The notes beneath the pieces are model-generated. The model saw nothing but the letters and a program-made list of their open reading frames with translations, was not told the origin of the DNA and searched no databases. Made by a program: the position numbers and the translations under genes. Below, piece after piece: positions 38,091-51,700 of a stretch of 64,000 nucleotides of DNA; the stretch's first letter is position 1; the number at the start of each line of letters is the position of its first letter. The stretch is from Phoronis australis (Eukaryota; Animalia; Phoronida). The stretch is taken from the NCBI GenBank assembly GCA_002633005.1, contig NMRA01000074.1, positions 361,275-425,274 of the forward strand. The letters are read 5' to 3'.

Positions 38091-40429
38091 TTTGTCGTGA
38101 GAAGTTGGATCTTCTACTTAGTTTGATGGAACACATGTTCGGGATTTCCTGGCTAACCAGTATTGATGACAACCATGTCTGTACTTTTCTTTTAGTGCTT
38201 CCAAAGAAGCTTTTACTGTAAGTTTCAAGAAAAGTTGACTGGCTTTGTTGAAATTTGTGTTGCTCTGGTGGCTACCTTTAAGGAAACCAGACACGACTGA
38301 CTTATTTTAAATTAAGCTGTCTTTGCTTCAAGTTTTGTTGATTTCGGTCGGGAGCAAATTGTTTCATCTTATGTTTGACACGAGCTCACGTGATATTTTG
38401 AAACTGTTTAGGTGGTCCTTGGTTGGATACAAAACGAGTTTCCACCTTAGTCAGATTTAGGAAAATTTGATTCTTTCTCCTTGTTATTTTCACCCAAAGC
38501 AGACTAACGGTAAACATTCTACAGTTTGAGACATAATTTAGCGGACATTAAACCCACAGATTCTGTCAATAACAACTTTTGGTTTGAACCACTCACTGTT
38601 AAAGATCAGTCTCATCTTGTTTCTCTCTCAGGTGACATTTGTGTCTACAAGATAAAATATTTCCGTTTCTAGCTTGTGATGGTCTTCCATAATCACCAGA
38701 AGCATGATTTGTCTTGCTCCCATAAAAACAAATTAATGTACAATGTAAATAGAACCAGATTAAGAAAACATGTTTGGTCACTCATGGATACAATCAGCTG
38801 TTTTGTTTTGTTAATGGAAGTATGTTATTTATGTTGCAATACATGAGTGTGATTGGTCTTGGCATAGTATGTATTACCTTATAGAAAAGTGGACCATCAG
38901 ATATTGATTGGAATCCGGAAACAGTAAGCCTCTTATGGGGGATTCTTGATTACGTCTCCGCAAAATAGCTTTTTAGCTTGATTAACTTGATACAGCTGTC
39001 ACCAAACAGAATTCATTAAGTTTTGAGCAGTTGCTGTGCAGATGTTTCGTATACATTTGAAAAATAGAAAAATGCTAATTTTAGAAACTGTGAATTTTGT
39101 ATCAAATTGAAGAATTTATACCATCTGTACATTCTCATGTCTTACATGGCAAATGTACTTAGATCGAATTTTCCATTCTCGTAAAAATACTTAATTCTTG
39201 AAGTGAACTGTGATTCAGCGGGCTGTCATCCTTTGTATTCTATTGTGTCATTGGGTCCAGATTCATTAAAGATTCAAATTAATATGTATAGGCATAAAAT
39301 ATGTCATCTTGGTTCTATGCTTTGGGCGACTTGTACAGTAACAGTTGGAAATTGTAATTGATACTGTATTTACAGTATTCATTTATGTGCAATATATTCA
39401 CAGACAGGCGTTTTTTGTTTGTCAATTGTTCTTTTGTTTTGTTGTGTGAAATGCAGCCATATACCACTGAGTGCCCCATGCATCCTGGATGAAGAAATAA
39501 TCTAGAAATTAGCGAAATTCCATGTGTTTACACCATGAACATGACGTCTTTCCGTTCTTTGGAAATTTTGGACCAAACCATGCACGTCTGATTTTGTGAG
39601 GTATTTCAAGCCATACAACCGCTACAGGGAAGTCATCCAACGAATGCAACGATTTGATTATTGTTACCCGTCCATTGAGTGATGCGCTTGCCGCACCATC
39701 TTGTGTTCAGTTGACAACTCATCGTGGCAAGACAAAAATGGTTTTGAAATGTACCGAGCACAAACGTTGGCAAAAATTTTAAAATGAGTTGGTTGGCAAC
39801 TCCTGCATAAGCTAGACGTCGGCAAAGCTGATATCGCTATGTCTTCAAATGTTTGTGGGCACACTACGTTAACTTACTAAAGGTTTTAATACTGCGCTTG
39901 CGCCGCTGCGTTGTTTTGTCATTTGTGTGCGCCTTTCTTTCATACATGTACAGTTTGTTTTATTCACGTAAATTGTAATGCTGTATTTCACATCGTACCA
40001 CAGTATTCCATTTTCGGTTCACTTGTAAAGGCTTTCAAATAAATACTTAAAATTAACAAAGTACGATTTATTCAATACACCAAATTGAGCAAAATACCAA
40101 AAAACGTAACAAGGGCGTGGCACATAAATCAAGACTGAGGTAATCTCTGAGAAAGCAAAACTGCTGTAGGTGTCTTATTTAAAAACAAGGAAATATCAGA
40201 AATAAGAAACTTATGCCAAATTTGTAAGTTGGTAGCAACTGTTTTTTAACTCGAATTATTTTCATTCGATTTCATCATGTTCATTCTAACAAGTTGCGTC
40301 GGTGATATACAGGATACAGTTGTCCCTTGAGCTCTATTTTGAAACTCGTTTGGTACAGTAAGAAGAGCTCTTTCTCGACAGGTCTCGGATACTGCCTTCG
40401 CGTTGCCAATGACCACTGGTCATTCAGCC

Positions 40430-42698
40430 TTAACCTCTCCCGGCACTGACTAGACCAAGAATATGCCAGAATAAATAGACAATGTCTAGGTAGAGCTGAA
40501 GCGCTCCAAAGATGTACTCGTCTGGACTCAACTCCACTGTTTTGCCTCCCATTAGCATCTGGATATCGTAGCACAGGAACTGAAAATACAGTTCAACTGT
40601 AGCGAAGGTCTTCTCAAAAACAGTTCACACTACCCACAGCTGAAAAATCACACCAGCTTTATTAAGGTTATGTGCGACCCTAAAATCATGTCCAAATTTG
40701 ACGTCATAACATCATATCAAAAAACTGGCTGACCGTATAAAACTTTCAAATACCATGCTTTATGCAATGCACTCCAAACCGCTAAAAATGAGTTGTTTTT
40801 AAACTGATCCCAGCACTTGCGTGACCGCGGCTAACAGAAATCGGACATTTATGATTTTTATGAAGAAACTTATACAAAATTAAAACAAAATGATAAATTA
40901 GGAAACTGTTGTACCTTTCTTTTTTACCAAATTCCACTAAAAGACATTGGTCATATGTAACCCAATCAACGCCATATTGCTATAAAGGCGAAACTAGAAT
41001 TCCAGACGTATTCTGCAGGAAAATAATGGAGTTTTGACGATGTTTGGCTGACTGCACACCGGTTCAGGTTCGACATAACCTTAAAGTTGATAAGGGTCGA
41101 CTGGTATCTCCATCTCCGATCGACTGGCAGTCACATAACTTTGGACTCATAAAATAAGTTCCCGGCATGTTAGGAAGTTCAGTCCTCGTTAACGATCACA
41201 ATGAAACCTGTTTGGTTGTTGAACCAGGGAGTAGTCCAATTCACAAGTTTGACATCGAGCGCAAAAATGCTTAATTACAGCACACCGTTGTCTGATATCC
41301 GCAAATTCATTTACGTAGTCGAGGAGTCCATGCGTCACCGGGTCATCACATGTGTCCGGGGTCCTTTACCTGCCTAAAGAGTCACTTGTGTGCAGGGTTC
41401 TAAATCTGTGCCCCTCAAGAACGTTATTTGAACATAGGGTTCCATGTGCCCATGTGTACCGGATCCTATTTGGCCCCAGTCCCACCAAGTCACTTTCTTC
41501 AGGGACAAAAAGGATCCTGAACGCAAAGGACCAGCAAAGAATTTGTGGAACCGGATACACTAGGCACGATCGCCTTACTTCGGTATCGCTTCATCACAGT
41601 GTCGTAACAAAACACGATGACTGCAACACGTTGGTGCAAATTAACAAAACAGATAAGCGTACTGATCAAAAGCTCACCAACGACATTACTAATGCACCCA
41701 GTGATGCGTAAACAATGTCCATAATCTGCAAAGGAAAACAGAATGTTCATGTCACTGAAAAGGACTACCAGCATGGCTTCACTCGCTTATAAGAAGTGTA
41801 TCAAGAAATTGATATGAACGGCAAAGGCAATGAAAATCACCAGTAAAACATTTCTTGCATGGCATCACAGTTCTACAGTTAAGAATGCCAATGTGTTTTT
41901 AGCATCTTTTGATTTAGTCATCGTATTACATAACTTTCAATTGTTGTTTACCGCCAGTTTCTCAGAGAAGGGCCGATAAGCAATGAACATCCCTTATTTG
42001 TACACCTTATTTAATTGGCTAATTCTTGTATCTCTAGTCTCTCTCTCTCTATGAATATTCCTTTCGTTTGTATACCAGGAGTAGTTGTTTTTTCGCATTT
42101 TTTTAATGTTTATTACGAAATCTTCAGAATACAATGAATATACATAACCCAGAAAGTGCCAAGAGGCATTAGATCTGGGTAAAAAAATACAAAGAAGTCT
42201 ATATACAATGATTATATGCGAATACATAAATAAAAAAACTGATGTTAAGAATACAATGATATATGACAACGAATGAAAATAATTCATTTTCATACAGATG
42301 TATAAAATTCTATCCACTCACACAAAGAGATTTAATGTTATAAAGAAATTCTGATACTATTTCAAATAAAACCTTATTTTCATTTGAGTTAAGTTCTTGA
42401 CATCCATACAGAAAGAAATTAATTTTGTTGTACAATTGCGGAATTTCAGAATATTTTTTATAAACATTTGGGTATNNNNNNNNNNNNNNNNNNNNNNNNN
42501 NNNNNNNNNNNNNNNNNNNNNNNNNNNNNNNNNNNNNNNNNNNNNNNNNNNNNNNNNNNNNNNNNNNNNNNNNNNNNNNNNNNNNNNNNNNNNNNNNNNN
42601 NNNNNNNNNNNNNNNNNNNNNNNNNNNNNNNNNNNNNNNNNNNNNNNNNNNNNNNNNNNNNNNNNNNNNNNNNNNNNNNNNNNNNNNNNNNNNNNNNN

Positions 42699-42734
<36 letters not shown>

Positions 42735-45700
42735 TGTGGGTGTGTGTGCATGTATGTGTGTGCGTGTGCTTTGTTTCACGATCTGCTGTGTATTACTAGA
42801 CAACTAGTCTCAACCTCGTAGTTTCAATATGCTCCAACGAACCACCTCTACTTTCTTAGCCGAACCACAAGTCGCTAGCACCATCAGTACTTCCTATTTA
42901 GTTACACAGTGACAGACTAACACAAACTATTCAACAAGCAAATAGAGGAAAAAAGTGGGGTTTTTGAAGTCATGTTAACAAACATGAAAAGCGAGCATAA
43001 TTAGGAGACAATTTATATCCTTGAAATTAAAGACTCGTTCATTCGAATTTTTTTGAACATCTTTTCACTGGAATGTTTCGAGAAATGAATATTTTACCTT
43101 TGCTCAGCAAAGTTTCCCTGGAATAAACAAAGCTAAAAGTTCCGCCGTTTTTCTAATCGTGCGATAAAAATTCAAGATTCTGGAAAAAAGGACACATGAA
43201 CGGGCCATGTGTGTAATTCAGTTACCGTATATCCTTAACAAAAACATGAAAACTGTATGCCAAAGTTTTGTCACACACACAACGAAGCAAAATATCCGGT
43301 GGAATTTTAAAGATTTTCACTCCTCTCATGATGTGTTCAATCTTTGACTTTGCTAACGACTGATTCAAATGCTCAGTCACAAGGCTCCACAACATGTGAA
43401 TTAGAGGCACATGCAAATACAATTTGAATCTAGTGAAACACGTCCCTAGAATATTGTCGATATCAAGAAAAACTTTAAATACATGCTCAGGTTTAGGAAA
43501 CCATCTGGTGCAGGCGTAATACAAAGGCAAGTAGGAAAAAGATTTGGCTGTAAGAAGCATACCTTCGTACGTAAAACTTTGATAAAAGTTGTGAAATAGG
43601 TTGATTAACTGTAACCATGCAGTCGCAATTTTGTCGTGTAACCATGGAAAAGCAATCGACATGGAAGGCTTACAAATGCGTCATGTTACATTATACAAGT
43701 AAGGGTACAACATATTTGTGCGGATGAGTGACCTGGACTGTAATTCGCATGTGGGGCAGTAAGTCCAAATAAGAAGATAATGCCTTACCTTGGCGACCTC
43801 TGGTGATATCATCCACGTGATTCCACAGGCTAATCCGAAGATAACCAGAACGATGACCAAGCAACAAAGAAGTCCTGAACACATCGTGAAATCGATCTGA
43901 CGACAACACCAAAATTTTAAAACGTAAATCATTACCGGCTTCACTTTAAACGTGCATATGTGTTCATACGAGTATACTGCTAACATTATCTAGACGGAGC
44001 ACTGGGAGGTTATCAAAAAAAATCCTAAAACGCGAAATCCTTTTTGAGTCGTCATAAAATACGTTCTTTGGCTTTCAGAAAGCTTTGAAAAGCTCACCAG
44101 ACATTGGAAGATGTTCTATGTAATAGTAAATAGTGTGATGATCAGAAGCAAGGCGGAATATACAGGTACAATAGGCCAATTAAGCTCTACGCAGCTTTCA
44201 CAGTTTGCTACCCATGGACATGAGCTATGTGATTGGCAATGGGGCATTCGAGTCCGTGGCTAAGTAAACAGCTAGCTCGATCATATCACTCTTGCACTTT
44301 ATAAAAGTAGTAAGTCGATGAAAGATGCGGCTAGTGTTGCACTGAATCAGATTTGCCAGGAAACAGGCTAATAGAACATGTCACTTTCCTAATGGAAAAT
44401 ACAAGTTTGAGATTTCGCTCACAGTCTACACCATTCTAACACTATTTACAGGGTAGGCCAAGAATGATGCTCATTCTAATACCTTATTTTTATGTATGAA
44501 TTATTATATTTTTCAAAAAAATGCCATAAAAGCATAACATTTTCGTTTGATACTAATAATTTCATACGCCATTGACCACAATTCACACACTGACGTTATC
44601 CACTACGGCTCAATGGTTCCTCCACGACCAATGGCACACCGTGAAAAGTTTTCCCACACTGCTGATATGTATGCTAGTTATTGAGACGGCTTCTAAATGT
44701 GATCTTCTACTTAATAAATGTGGAAACGTGCCTTGTTGGTAGAAAAGATTTTCAAGTCAGACAACTTGGATTCACCAGTTTCAGCTCACCCTGTATTTAA
44801 CACGACGATGCAAGTAGAAGAAAGTAACGGATTCCAAACAATGTCGGTATTTGAGCCAGTGCCACCGTACTACCAAGACGATGTCGGCTGATGGTGGCGT
44901 TATCAACATTTTACCGCAATCGTTAGCTTAGATAGTTTCGTGGTCACTCCCAAAACCAGTCATATGGTAGACTGTTAGATATGTTACCTTTGTCTGTGAA
45001 GCGAAAATGATGAGCGCTAAACAAACTGCTGCTGTGATCCCGACAGCTATCAAGACGGAGGACGTTTTATGGTAACTGAAACGTCAAAGAACCTAGAATT
45101 ATTCGGCATCGCTCACAGTCAGGCTGAAAGGTGCTTGTTGAGCATTTACATTCTACAAAAGGTGCATTAATTTTTACTTCACTCAGAGGTCAGTTTATAG
45201 TAAGGCGTGTGTTTTCATTGGAAATCAAGAGTGTCCCAAAAATGCAAAAAATACCAGAATTTTTTTTCGTTGAGAGCTAATGTTCTTTTTCGTATCACAC
45301 GAACAACAACATTTGATTTTCAAGTCAGGATAATTTTCACAATTAACTGTAAAACGATTAAAATATGTTTTTTCAGACTTGGTAACTCAATTCTTTTCAC
45401 ATCTCTCTGTTCCGCAAAACGAACCCTTCTTATTGCTTCCATACTCAGATTACTTGACTTTCCTGAATAAGAATTAACTTTGGCATTTCCCTCAACTTTC
45501 TGCCTTGGGATTCATGAAAAGAGCAAACGTCAGTAGTTTACCATAAAATCATTCTTCAAGTAGCATGTTTCACAACAATTTAGTGTACATTCTTGATGAC
45601 ACTCTATTATGTAGATCAAACGTACACCAAGTTCAATGTACATGTACTGAATAATGTATTTTTCATCAAACCCTCGTTAGCCATCAGCTCAGTCTATAGA

Positions 45701-48700
45701 CACATGAGAAACATTTCGTGTAGTTAAAAACATTACCTGGCTATTGAACCAGTCATGTAAGACACGGCCAAAGTCTGCAAAAATGCAAAAGTCATCGTTA
45801 TAGTTCTTGTGGATTCCACGACACATTCTAACCTGCGTTTCTTAAAGAGGCCTGGAACGCGCTAAACAGACTAAATTGCAATATTGAAAGTGGTTCTCTA
45901 CCACTGAAACAGAATCCAACCCGCTCACCAGATATTTTTAGGGTTTGTTTGTAAAGATTTTTAATTTTTGTTGATATCAAAGCATTTTCTTTTAGTTTCA
46001 AATTTCAAAAAAGAAACGATCTGTCAACCACTCGCTACCTCGTTGGCTTTTCTCCTTATTTGGTATAGCATGACACACACGTAGTACATTTCCCATATAT
46101 GGAAATGTGACCTTTGGCTTCAAGCGACTTCAAGCAACCGACTGCGAGTGCATGCGCGCATTTATCATAAATAGGAACGAGATTAGAAAGTCTATGGTAA
46201 CCACGGCGTTTTCTTTCGCGCGTATTTCAAAAAATCGTGAATTCTGTGACTTTTTTCTGAAAATTTCCTCACAGCTAGGGGAAAGTGAATTACTCTGTAC
46301 TAGATGTTGCGAGGCTATACTTTCATCAGCGTTCTCACCATGGCTTTTTGAGAATAGCCATGCACCACACTCTTTGATCCCCATACTCAATTTAGTTGAC
46401 TGTCAATGACTATAGTGCTTTTAATTGATCACAATCAATAAATTAGTGAGTCACTACTGTCATATTTTACAGTCCACTGCAGTCATGCCTTTTCATGGAA
46501 ATTATTACGTAGGCCTATGATCTACCTAGTCACGAACTTTTTTACCAAGAACACATAACACACCTGGGCTGGGTTGCATAAAACTACGAAATTATCCGCA
46601 GGATAAGTTTGATTGTTACATGACGCCAGGTGCATTGTTCAACAATAACAACGTGACGCGTGATAATGCGACGTCATTATTGCTATACGGCGTATAACGT
46701 TTATTCAACTGGACCCTGGGATCACTTCAGGGACTTGCAGTGGCTGAATAGTGAGATTGACAGCGTTTCGCGTCACGGCTGCGCTCACCTTCTGGTGGGA
46801 ACAATGAATGTGTAAATTATGGTCAATGGGAAAATATTCGTGTGTTCAAAGAAAAATGTTTATGAATCAGATTTCAGAATATAGTCTTCAAGTAATTGAC
46901 CACCAAACGAACAGATGGCAGATTTTTGCACATTTTTGATTACTTGTGGAAAACTTGATAAATATAGTCACAGTATTAACTTGCACCAAGAACAGAGTGG
47001 ACGCCATAAAATGCTTTCTCTTCGGACTTATCACAAGTTTAGTAACAAAACAACTCCTTAAATAATCACTAAATAAAAGACTTTTCGCATGCGGTCCTCC
47101 TGCAATCGAGGCACTAGGACATTCCATTTCCAGCTCCTGGCTCCCATAGGCTGATGATTGTCACGTGTCATAGGGCTCCTTTGTTCTCAGTAACGTTATA
47201 TTTCCTGTCATCAGTACTTCGCTTTAGCAGCACTTAAGTTCGAGTCTAATCTCTCTTCATTTTTCCCACTCTCTGCCACCCTCTCTTTTGGGTGGTTCCT
47301 CTTACCTGAGTGCTGGCGCTTTTTAATGCCCAGAGATTATTATTTTATCTTTATGTTAGTTGTACACTCATATTTCTGTACCTTATCAGTCATATTTATC
47401 AGTAATAATAAATAACCTTATATCTCCTATCGCGGTCTCCTTTGTATCTCTGGAAACGGAGCTTGCGACGCACCTATTATTTTCGGGACATATTCCGAAC
47501 ATAAATGGTTCTGTTTTGGTCACGTGACACGGTTATTGTTCGGCCGTATAAGACGAATGTGGTACAACAACGACTAATACACACAAGAAGGAAGGTGAAG
47601 GACTCACAAATATGAAAAGGGCGATGTAGTTTCCTGGGTAGGACCTCCTGTAAACAAATTATATCAGTCAGGAATTCGTGTCTACTCGCTTTGTGGCCAC
47701 GCATGCGTAGGCAATACTTTCACGACATTAACACGAGACCTCTATGATTATTATCAGAAAATTTCATTTTGTTGAAAGTTGTACTTCGACTTTTTTAGCT
47801 GGATGAAAACGAAAATTTAATTACGCTGTTTACTTTCATAAAATTGGTCACATGATATTCGTTATCGTGATAGTATTCCACTTCAGTTAACAGCAAGATC
47901 ATCGAAAACGCCTGCAAAGAAAATGCTTCAGTTTATTGAGGTTGCCCAACCCCGAATTCAAAACTATACCGCACATACGCATTACCTGTGACTTGAAGTA
48001 CTGAGTCATTTTGGCAACAATTGAGAATGGGATGAGCGTGGTTATATTTTTTTAGATAAACACCGGGGCGAAACACGCCTTTAATTAACTACTCACTTTA
48101 TGTAAGACTGAAATATCGCAAAATCTGAACGCAGTAAAGCCTCAGCACGCGATACCCGTACACACTGGTGTTCTATTCAGTATATTGTACTGTGGTGTCA
48201 GCCACAGATACGTACTTCTACCGCAGACATCGGTGAATGTTCAAAACTATTGCTATCAGCCGTTCGTCGTCCCATGGTTTTTTTCTAGCACAAGAAACGA
48301 AAATGTTCGAGGAAGGCTTTTAGTCATCAGACTAAATCGTTGGAGAAATTAGCTGAGTCTATTTGAGTCTCGTGCGTTGTTCAATGTAAAGTTAGGACTT
48401 TACTCGCGTAGATCCGCAAAAAGGCCGCTACTGAAGTGATTATTTGACGAGGATGGAATGTTGAACTATATGTATGCGGGAAAATTCACGGTTTCACTCC
48501 AACAAGTGAAGATTTTTGCCGCAAGTGTTCTGAAACGAAACCCTGGCTGGGTTTTCCAATGCCCTGACAAAGCGTAAGTAATACTTGTTGATTTAGCAGA
48601 CTTCGTAATGAGTTTTCAAATATGTTTCAGACTTCTGAGGGATGTCCACGGCCAGAGTATTAGTTAGTTTTAAAGACTTACTTGATAAAGTCATACTTTA

Positions 48701-51700
48701 AAATACAAGAGGCTAAACAGAATTTAGCAGCACAATTTAAAAATTTCCAGTCAAGTAACAAACCTGACAGATGGTACACACATCAACACGAAGTAGGTAA
48801 CTCCAAACACACCACTGGAAAGTAAGAATTCACCCATGAGATCGGAACGTGACCACGTTAATACTAGATTACATTGCTGTTATAACTGAAAACTGCTTTT
48901 GCCAAACATTTTTTTAGCAAACTTTCCCCAAACTTGGGATATTAGACGAAAGTTACAGACCGTTATTTTATTCCAAATATATATTCAGAGTTAACATATA
49001 ATGTTAGCAAGCTACAGTTGGGTTTCTTTTTAAAACCTAGGTAGAGCTATTCATTACATCATCTATTATAATAATAATGATAATGAAAACAGTAATAATA
49101 ATTATGGGGAGCCAATCAAAAATCGATTTTGGGATTCGCGATCACGTTTTTTTGGCATTTGCGGCCCCCTCAGTTCAGGTGTGACATTAGCCAAGTGAAC
49201 TCTGGTGATTGATTCTGACAGCCTGGGATCCAGTTACTTCATACAAGCATTTTCAGAACAATCCAATGCTTAATTTTGAAGTGACAGACCTCCAAAATCT
49301 GAAAAAATCACAGTTTCAATTCGCGAGGTCAAAAATGGGCGTGGCACCCAATATTTTGAAGGGCCATATCTCGGAGACCCTTTNTGTTCTTGATATTGTT
49401 GTTGATCTTGTTGAATTTGCTGATGCTATTTTTACTTTCAAGGTGTTTCATCAATAAGTTTAGTTAACTCGGCGTTCCGTTTGCTTTTTTATGGCTTTAA
49501 CAAATAAGCGCTCTACTGGCGGCAATACTATTAAGCCAAAGCCATAAAAACAAATGGAACGCCGTGTTCTACAAAACTTGTCTTCAGAAAAATGTGCTGC
49601 CGAGGTGTTCTGTGTTATCAATAAGGAAAGGAAAAACGAGAGACAACTTTTTTAACTTACAAAGATAGGTAATAAACCCAGTATCCCGGTCCTCGGATCC
49701 ATTGGGTGACTGTGTCCCTAGAGGCGAAAGTTCGGCACAACATTGAACATTGAGAAGTGATAACTTTGTTAACAATATTTTGTAATTTTAAAGACACGCA
49801 TGTGGAACTGAATAAAAAACACACACACACACACACAGAGAAAGCTCTTATAGTTTAATATTATGAAATTTTTCTGCTTGTGATCTACGCATCATATTAT
49901 CCACAGCTCTCAGTGAACTAATGACAAACAGGAAACAAGCTATTTTTAGCGTAATATCAATTGTTGATCGTAATTATAATACATGTATAAAATTACACGT
50001 ACTGAATTCGTTCGCACCGGCCTTTTGAAACCATCATTTCACAATGGCGCCCCCAGACAATAATTTAAGCACAAAAGCAAGCGGCAGTTACAGAAATAAC
50101 AAATCAACTATGCAACAGATATGCTAACTATGTAAGAGCAAACATTTCTTGTGTTTCATTGTCAGAAAAATGTACCTTGCCACCAGGTTTGAAACAAAGG
50201 AATCATGTATGTCCTCACGACCTCAGAATGTATGGATGTGCTCTGGATTGTAGTCTTCCATCTGTGGTTTTGATATTATACAATTTCTCAGCTTTTCCTG
50301 AGTTTCACAGCGACAAAGAAAACGAGACTCATTCTCGATTTCACCACATAAACACATTTCACAGTGTTAGTAGCCATGTAGCCCGAACAACTGATTCCCT
50401 ACACTTTTCTACTGTTAAAGGCCTACTATGGTGCCAAAATTAATATTTTTATATCTAAAATACACGTATTGATGAAAAACATCAACATACAATTTCATAA
50501 CCATACCCCAGTCGTTAATTAAGTAGACCTTTTACAATACAGCAGCCCCATCGCGAACCACATTTAGCGCCAAAAAATAAAAAAAAACTTGAAATGGCGC
50601 TCGCACCAATCGAAGTCTATGACATCATCGACACAACAAATTTGGCTTTCACCGTGTCTATCAGCGATGAATGGCCGTTAAATTTAGTAGAAAATCAAGG
50701 AAATACGTTAATTGTTCATTTCATGTCAATTAATATTTAATTGATCAAAATCAGTAATTAGCACACATTATAATATGGGCCTGTATGAGAATCCCCGGGT
50801 GGATGACTGGGGTGGCATAAACAGTCGAAAAAAACAAAACGCTTCGTCCGAATTGTTATTAGGAAATTTCACAATGTTTACTGTAAAGTGTAGTGTGCTT
50901 GATAGAAACATTTTGATGTTAGGAACTTTGCATTCATGTCTTGTTAAAGCCGTAGGAGTGAACGCTGCGCGATTCCGATATGGACCGCTGTCCAGTGTGT
51001 GTAATGTTTTAGAATCAAAAAGTATTTTTCGATATGAGGCATAAACAGTAACACGAAACGTCGAAGAGCGCACTGTAGATCTTGTAGCCAGCAATCTAGC
51101 TGTTTGAACACTATCGCCAGGATTTTGAGTTGGGGGGAGCAGGGCAGAGTATTAGCCTGGATTTTGCCCGTTCGACATGCGCACCCCCGAACTGCCAAAT
51201 GGAATATGGGAGAATTTTAGGGCAGGTGGCCCCCTTGCCCCCCCCTTAATTCCCTAAAGCCGCCACTGCGCACCTCGTCCTGAAACTTATATCGTAAAGA
51301 GAAGTCTGTCGTCGTTCTGAAAGCCTTCGCAGCAGCAAATTTTGTTCTAAAATTCGGTTTGCTGGTCTTAAAATACTAAAAACTTGTAACGAAATGAAAC
51401 CAGTTCCGATAATTTGTTGTGACAGGTACGCAACCTTATGGCACCGATAAACGCCGAAAGCCAACCCAAAAGAGCGCACTACAATTTTAGCAGTAGGTGA
51501 ACGGTAGGACGCCAATTTTTCAAACACTGGTAAACAATTCCGTTAACTCAAAGAAGAGCGGGGTAGCTTTTAGTGGCACTACTTTTGCGTCAGATTTCAT
51601 TTAGTCATCTTTTTACCAACGACGGCGAAAAGCTGTAGATTTGTTTTGCACCGAGGCAGATCTCTTGCTGATCGCGGGAATTTTGAGGCCAGTCGTTGTC

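Noticed and set aside
42357-42821. ORFs of 97-148 aa
   Set aside because: They consist of the N gap and the TG microsatellite.
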